Below, piece after piece: positions 59,324 to 64,000 of a stretch of 64,000 nt of DNA. The stretch is from an uncultured Candidatus Saccharibacteria bacterium. Its GTDB lineage: Bacteria > Patescibacteriota > Minisyncoccia > Phycocordibacterales > UBA9973. Position numbers and translations under genes: made by a program. The DNA lies in the NCBI GenBank assembly GCA_964625065.1, contig CAZUZL010000001.1, positions 40,132 to 104,131 on the forward strand, written 5' to 3'. Each line of letters starts with the position of its first letter. Within the stretch, counting starts at the first letter, position 1. The notes under the pieces are model-generated. The model did not search any database and was not told the DNA's origin. It was given only the letters and a program-made list of their open reading frames with translations.

Positions 59324-61252
59324 ATGCATTATCTAGAAGGACTAAATGAAGCCCAAAACCAAGCCGTAACCCATATAAATGGACCACTTTTGATAGTTGC
59401 CGGGGCTGGTGCAGGCAAAACTAAGACCATAACCCACCGTATTGTACATCTTATATATAGTGGCGTCAGACCAGACCAGATACTGGCCATAACATTTACC
59501 AACAAAGCAGCCAAAGAAATGCGTGAACGCGCCGAGAAGATAATACACCAGAACATAGAAAACGTAGTTGGCATGCCCACACTACTAACATTCCATTCGT
59601 TCTGTGTACGCATATTAAAGGAACAACATGCATTATTAGGACTGAAAAAGCACTTTGTTATTTTGGACGAGGGCGACGCTGTGTCTATGATCAAAGATGC
59701 AATAAAGTCTATAGGCCTGGACCCGAAGCAATACGAACCTAAAAAGATAAAGGGTATTATTTCACGTGCTAAATCAAACATGACAACACGTGAACTGTTT
59801 ACTGAACGCGCGACATCTACCATTGAATCTATAGTTGCGCGTGTTTGGGCATTGTATGAAAAAGCATGCAAAGACGAAGGTGCGGTAGACTTCGACGACC
59901 TACTATTAGAAACAGTTTTGCTATTTGAAAGACACCCGAGTGTTTTAGAAATGTACCAAGACCGTTACCCATACATACACATAGACGAATACCAGGACAC
60001 AAACGAAGTTCAATACAGACTGGCAACATTGTTAGCTAAAAAATATAAAAACATTTGTGTAGTGGGTGATAGCGACCAGACTATATATACATGGCGTGGG
60101 GCAAATATAAAAAACATTTTACAGTTTGAAGAAGACTACCCAGATGCATTAGTAGTTCTACTGGAAGAAAATTACCGTTCAACTAAAAACATTATTACCG
60201 CAGCAAACAGTGTAATAATAAAAAACAAAGAACGTAAAGACAAAACTCTGTTTACCAGTAAATCAGACGGCGACGCAATAGGGGTGTACCAAGTGTTCGA
60301 CGAAAAAGTTGAATCTAATTTTGTAGCAACACAATGTTTACAGTTAATAGACGAAGGTGTTAGCCCAGACGACATTGCTGTACTGTACCGTGCAAACTTT
60401 CAGTCTCGTGCTATAGAAGAAGCCATGTTAGACAACCACGTACCATATACTGTTTTAGGTACAAAGTTCTTTGACCGCAAAGAGGTTAAAGACGTGTTGT
60501 CTTATTTACGTGCAGCCCAGAACCCAGATTCATTGTCTGACATTAAACGTATTATAAACTTCCCGGCGCGCGGTATAGGCAAAACAACACTGGCTAAACT
60601 TTTCTCTGGTATGCGTGACCAATTGCCCCCAGCAATGCAGAAAAAAATTGAAATGTTTTACCATCTACTGGCAACCATCGATGCATATGCAACAGTAAAC
60701 ACACCCAGTGAAGTTCTACGCTACATAGTTCAAACAACAGGTATTGAATCTGAACTAAAGGCCGGTAGTGCCGAAGACATAGAAAGACTAGAAAACATCA
60801 AGGAACTAGTTACACTTGCGCAGAAATACGACGAATACCCATTGGAGGAAGGTATAGACCACCTACTATCAGACGCGTCACTAATGAGCGACCAAGACAC
60901 CCTAACACACACAGAAGAAAAGAAAGGTGTACGCATGATGACAGTCCATGCATCAAAAGGTTTGGAATTTCCATATGTATTTATTGTTGGGCTAGAACAT
61001 GGATTGTTTCCCCATCAGCGCGACGGGCGCAGTTCTGAGGCTGATAAAGAAGAAGAACGCCGTCTGTTCTACGTAGCCTTAACACGCGCTGAAAAAAAGC
61101 TATACTTAGTACATGCAGAACTACGAACCATATTCGGCATGCGACAAATAAATTCACCATCAGAATTCCTTTTCGACATACCAAACGAAATAATAGAAGT
61201 AGAACACATACATGGACCACGTGAAAAAACAGTTTACTTTGAGGCATTCTAA
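59324..61252 (+). CDS. pcrA: UvrD/PcrA ATP-dependent DNA helicase
   Basis: AGAGAGKT, DEYQDTN, VGDSDQ.IY.WRGA, NYRS, H.SKGLEF, EERRLFYVA.TRA. Confidence 0.96.
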   Translation: MHYLEGLNEAQNQAVTHINGPLLIVAGAGAGKTKTITHRIVHLIYSGVRPDQILAITFTNKAAKEMRERAEKIIHQNIENVVGMPTLLTFHSFCVRILKEQHALLGLKKHFVILDEGDAVSMIKDAIKSIGLDPKQYEPKKIKGIISRAKSNMTTRELFTERATSTIESIVARVWALYEKACKDEGAVDFDDLLLETVLLFERHPSVLEMYQDRYPYIHIDEYQDTNEVQYRLATLLAKKYKNICVVGDSDQTIYTWRGANIKNILQFEEDYPDALVVLLEENYRSTKNIITAANSVIIKNKERKDKTLFTSKSDGDAIGVYQVFDEKVESNFVATQCLQLIDEGVSPDDIAVLYRANFQSRAIEEAMLDNHVPYTVLGTKFFDRKEVKDVLSYLRAAQNPDSLSDIKRIINFPARGIGKTTLAKLFSGMRDQLPPAMQKKIEMFYHLLATIDAYATVNTPSEVLRYIVQTTGIESELKAGSAEDIERLENIKELVTLAQKYDEYPLEEGIDHLLSDASLMSDQDTLTHTEEKKGVRMMTVHASKGLEFPYVFIVGLEHGLFPHQRDGRSSEADKEEERRLFYVALTRAEKKLYLVHAELRTIFGMRQINSPSEFLFDIPNEIIEVEHIHGPREKTVYFEAF

Positions 61253-61255
61253 AAT

Positions 61256-62077
61256 ATGAAAACTCACTCACCTAAAAAATCTCTCGGACAGAACTTTCTG
61301 AAGTCACAAAAAGCTTTGGCGGAAATTTTACATGCCGGTTCAGTTTCTATAGGTGACACTATTTTAGAAATAGGCCCAGGTAAAGGTGCACTTACTGAAA
61401 AACTTCTTTCCACTGGTGCACATGTGGTGGCCATAGAAAAAGACCAGGAACTAGTTCCATACCTACAGGAAAAATTTGCTATTGATATAGAAAAAGGCTT
61501 GTTTACATTAATAGAGGGCGACATTTTGGAATTTGATATAGAATCCATAACAAAACTAACCCCCCCTTCGCAGGGCGGGAAGCAGCTACCGAACTATAAA
61601 CTAATAGCCAACATTCCATACAACATAACCGGTGCCATAATACGCATGTTTTTAGAAAGCAAAAACCAGCCTACAACAATGGTGCTGCTTGTTCAAAAAG
61701 AAGTGGCCGTACGCATAGCCCGCGACAAAAAGGAAAGTATTCTGTCTCTTTCAGTTAAGGCATACGGTACACCTACGTACGTTTCCACTGTTTCGAAAAG
61801 GTATTTTAACCCAGCCCCTAAGGTAGATTCGGCCATAATAGCAGTACAGGGCATAAACCGAAATAGATTTGTTTCACAGACACACGAAGCTGAGTTTTTC
61901 AAATTAGTAAAAACAGCATTTGCCCATAAACGTAAGCAACTGGCAGGCAACCTAAAAGAAGGTGGTTATAGCACAGAATGGATAAATACAACTTTTTCTA
62001 ATAACAAAATACCCGAATATGTCCGTGCCGAAGACATACACATACAAACATGGCTACACATGTCTAATAACATATAA
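61256..62077 (+). CDS. rsmA: 16S rRNA m6,2A1518/1519 dimethyltransferase
   Basis: KKSLGQNFL, EIGPGKG.LT, ANIPY, F.P.PKVDS. Confidence 0.97.
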   Translation: MKTHSPKKSLGQNFLKSQKALAEILHAGSVSIGDTILEIGPGKGALTEKLLSTGAHVVAIEKDQELVPYLQEKFAIDIEKGLFTLIEGDILEFDIESITKLTPPSQGGKQLPNYKLIANIPYNITGAIIRMFLESKNQPTTMVLLVQKEVAVRIARDKKESILSLSVKAYGTPTYVSTVSKRYFNPAPKVDSAIIAVQGINRNRFVSQTHEAEFFKLVKTAFAHKRKQLAGNLKEGGYSTEWINTTFSNNKIPEYVRAEDIHIQTWLHMSNNI

Positions 62078-62117
62078 ATGTTATTGCTAAAACAGCACTA
62101 TACTGTACAATATATGT

Positions 62118-62504
62118 ATGTATCGTGCATATATATACCCTATAGTTACTTTAATAATACTTGGTAGTTTTTTTACACTACCTGCAAACGCCCTTACCCT
62201 AAAAAAACCATTGGCTTCTTTTGGTGGTAGGGTTATTCTGACACAAGTACCAGGCGTTACATGTACAGGCCAATACTGGCTAACAACAAAACCTAGTGGA
62301 GGGTTTCCTATAAACACACCACTAGTTATAGAGGCGACCAATAAAACTATTTCGCCTGGGGCAAATATTTTAGGCTTAGTAAACCCTGTATCTGACATGA
62401 ACACCTGTTTTATACCAACACCGACAGGGCCAATATATATACCTTCATGGCGCATAGACACTACACACATGGGCGTTTCTACTATTAGACCTAAACTAAG
62501 ATAA
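62118..62504 (+). CDS. Secreted hypothetical protein
   Basis: Signal peptide; FGGRV and paired Cys. Confidence 0.7.
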   Translation: MYRAYIYPIVTLIILGSFFTLPANALTLKKPLASFGGRVILTQVPGVTCTGQYWLTTKPSGGFPINTPLVIEATNKTISPGANILGLVNPVSDMNTCFIPTPTGPIYIPSWRIDTTHMGVSTIRPKLR

Positions 62505-62507
62505 ACT

Positions 62508-63392
62508 ATGAACATTCAACCATATTTACCAAGTGCGTTATTTAAAAAAAGACTAATTGTTATTAGCGCATTAGTGATTATTTTAATATTAGTACCTAAA
62601 ATATGGGTATTTGTTACTTCAAAGATTAAAACACACCGTATAACAGATTCTGAAGCTGCAGTTATAGCAGCCACAGACACAGACGGTGACAGTGTTTACG
62701 ACTGGCAGGAAAAACTTTGGGGCACAGACATAAACAACATAGCAACGTTTGGTGTACCCGACGCAACATACATAAAAAACAAACAAACAGAACTAACAAC
62801 TAACGATACGGCAACAGACAACAAAACAGACATATTAAGTAAACAGCTTTTTGCTACAGTTAACGCAATAAAGGCCAGTACAACATTAAACCCGTCTGAC
62901 AGTTACAAAGAAATAGCCGAAAACGTTGCCCAGTTTGTAACAGACAACCCAAACCCAGACGTAGTTGTTATAACAAGCAAAGACATAAAAACAATACCAA
63001 ACAACCCTACAAACAAAAAACTTTATGCAAAGTCTATAGGGAACCTTTCTGGTACATATTTTGGTAACAATACTAAAATAGGCACTGAAACAAGTATTTT
63101 ATACTATGCATTAATAAACGAAGACCCAGCACACATACCAGACCTGGACCCTATTATTTCAGACTACGAAACCCTAGCTAAAAAACTAACAGCAATAAAA
63201 GTACCTGAACTAGCAGTTGCCGACCACGTACAACTTGTAAACGCATTATATGCAATAAGTTCTGCTTTAACAGAAACAAAGTCTTTATTTTCTGACAGCG
63301 TTATTGGAATCCGCGGTGTAGTGGGGTATAATAAAACTGCTACTGAATTAGACACTATTATAGATAGACTACAAACATATGCTTCGAACTAA
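62508..63392 (+). CDS. Membrane-anchored protein with DTDGD Ca-binding repeat
   Basis: N-terminal TM; DTDGDSVYDWQE.LWGTD. Confidence 0.75.
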   Translation: MNIQPYLPSALFKKRLIVISALVIILILVPKIWVFVTSKIKTHRITDSEAAVIAATDTDGDSVYDWQEKLWGTDINNIATFGVPDATYIKNKQTELTTNDTATDNKTDILSKQLFATVNAIKASTTLNPSDSYKEIAENVAQFVTDNPNPDVVVITSKDIKTIPNNPTNKKLYAKSIGNLSGTYFGNNTKIGTETSILYYALINEDPAHIPDLDPIISDYETLAKKLTAIKVPELAVADHVQLVNALYAISSALTETKSLFSDSVIGIRGVVGYNKTATELDTIIDRLQTYASN

Positions 63393-64000
63393 AAAACAAA
63401 CATTTAATTTTTTATTAAGCTCGGTGTTACTTACCAGCTTTTTAGTTCCTGCAATAACTAGTGCACAAAGCATATCAAAACCAGCTATTAACCCATCACA
63501 GGTAGGGTCTGCGCTAGTTGGCTGTTTATCTATAAACACAAAACTGGCAAAATTTGTTACTGGGTTTACAAGTAAAGTAAATGCTACTCAAGTTGCTGTT
63601 AATAACCCCACTGACAATAACCGTAAAGATTGTTTAGACAAAGTTGGCTACCTTGCTGCACGACTAGCAATACAACAAATAACAAACCGCACCATAGCCT
63701 GGATAAACACTGGTTTCGACGGCAACCCTTTCTGGACAACAGAAGACCAAACCCTATACGACAAAATAAGTAATACTCAAATCAAAGACCTTGTTGCCCC
63801 ATACGCACTGACAAAAACACAAGGCCAGGAATTTGCTAAAGACATTGCCCGCCAGTTAATAATAGAATCAAAAACAACAGTAGACCGAAAAACTGGGTTT
63901 ACAGGTCCAGGCAGAACATTTACAAACAACTTTCAGGCAGGTGGAGGTTGGAAAAGTTGGTACAACTTAACTTCAAACCCAGCAAACGACCCAATTGGTT
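63379..64000 (+). CDS. Secreted hypothetical protein, runs off the window end
   Basis: Open frame from ATG 63379 (MLRTKKQ..., signal peptide, WINTGFDGNPFW); overlaps previous stop. Confidence 0.75.
   Translation, partial: MLRTKKQTFNFLLSSVLLTSFLVPAITSAQSISKPAINPSQVGSALVGCLSINTKLAKFVTGFTSKVNATQVAVNNPTDNNRKDCLDKVGYLAARLAIQQITNRTIAWINTGFDGNPFWTTEDQTLYDKISNTQIKDLVAPYALTKTQGQEFAKDIARQLIIESKTTVDRKTGFTGPGRTFTNNFQAGGGWKSWYNLTSNPANDPIG

Overview
AT-rich bacterial chromosome segment. Gene content and style suggest a Patescibacteria/CPR organism, probably Parcubacteria-like (inference): shortened AlaRS, tRNAs without encoded CCA, type IV pilus cluster, split ComEC, large secreted proteins and pervasive leaderless starts. 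It carries housekeeping genes (rpsL, rpmB, sod, rnhA, recJ, pgk, tpiA, tyrS, alaS, nusA, ppa, tig, clpP, rny, hup, cca, xth, xer, rpsO, comM, pcrA, rsmA), four tRNAs, two toxin-antitoxin modules, an AT-rich accessory island (about 11.5-20.4 kb) and many single-gene ORFans. The most striking unexplained signal is a family of 119-189 bp non-coding elements bounded by TCCCGTTAGA...TCTAACGGGA inverted ends. They sit exactly on the start codons of comEC, rnhA and yraN, and the element's terminal A forms the A of each gene's ATG; two copies have a TTCA target duplication. Other candidates are a DUF559 nuclease framed by REP-like hairpins with a solo doublet nearby, a parS/DnaA-box cluster at 47.2-49.2 kb, tRNA-3'-end-derived repeats next to tRNA-Gly, a stand-alone DnaA-domain-IV-like protein, and two promoter-to-terminator non-coding transcripts. 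All calls were made by eye; no database search was run.
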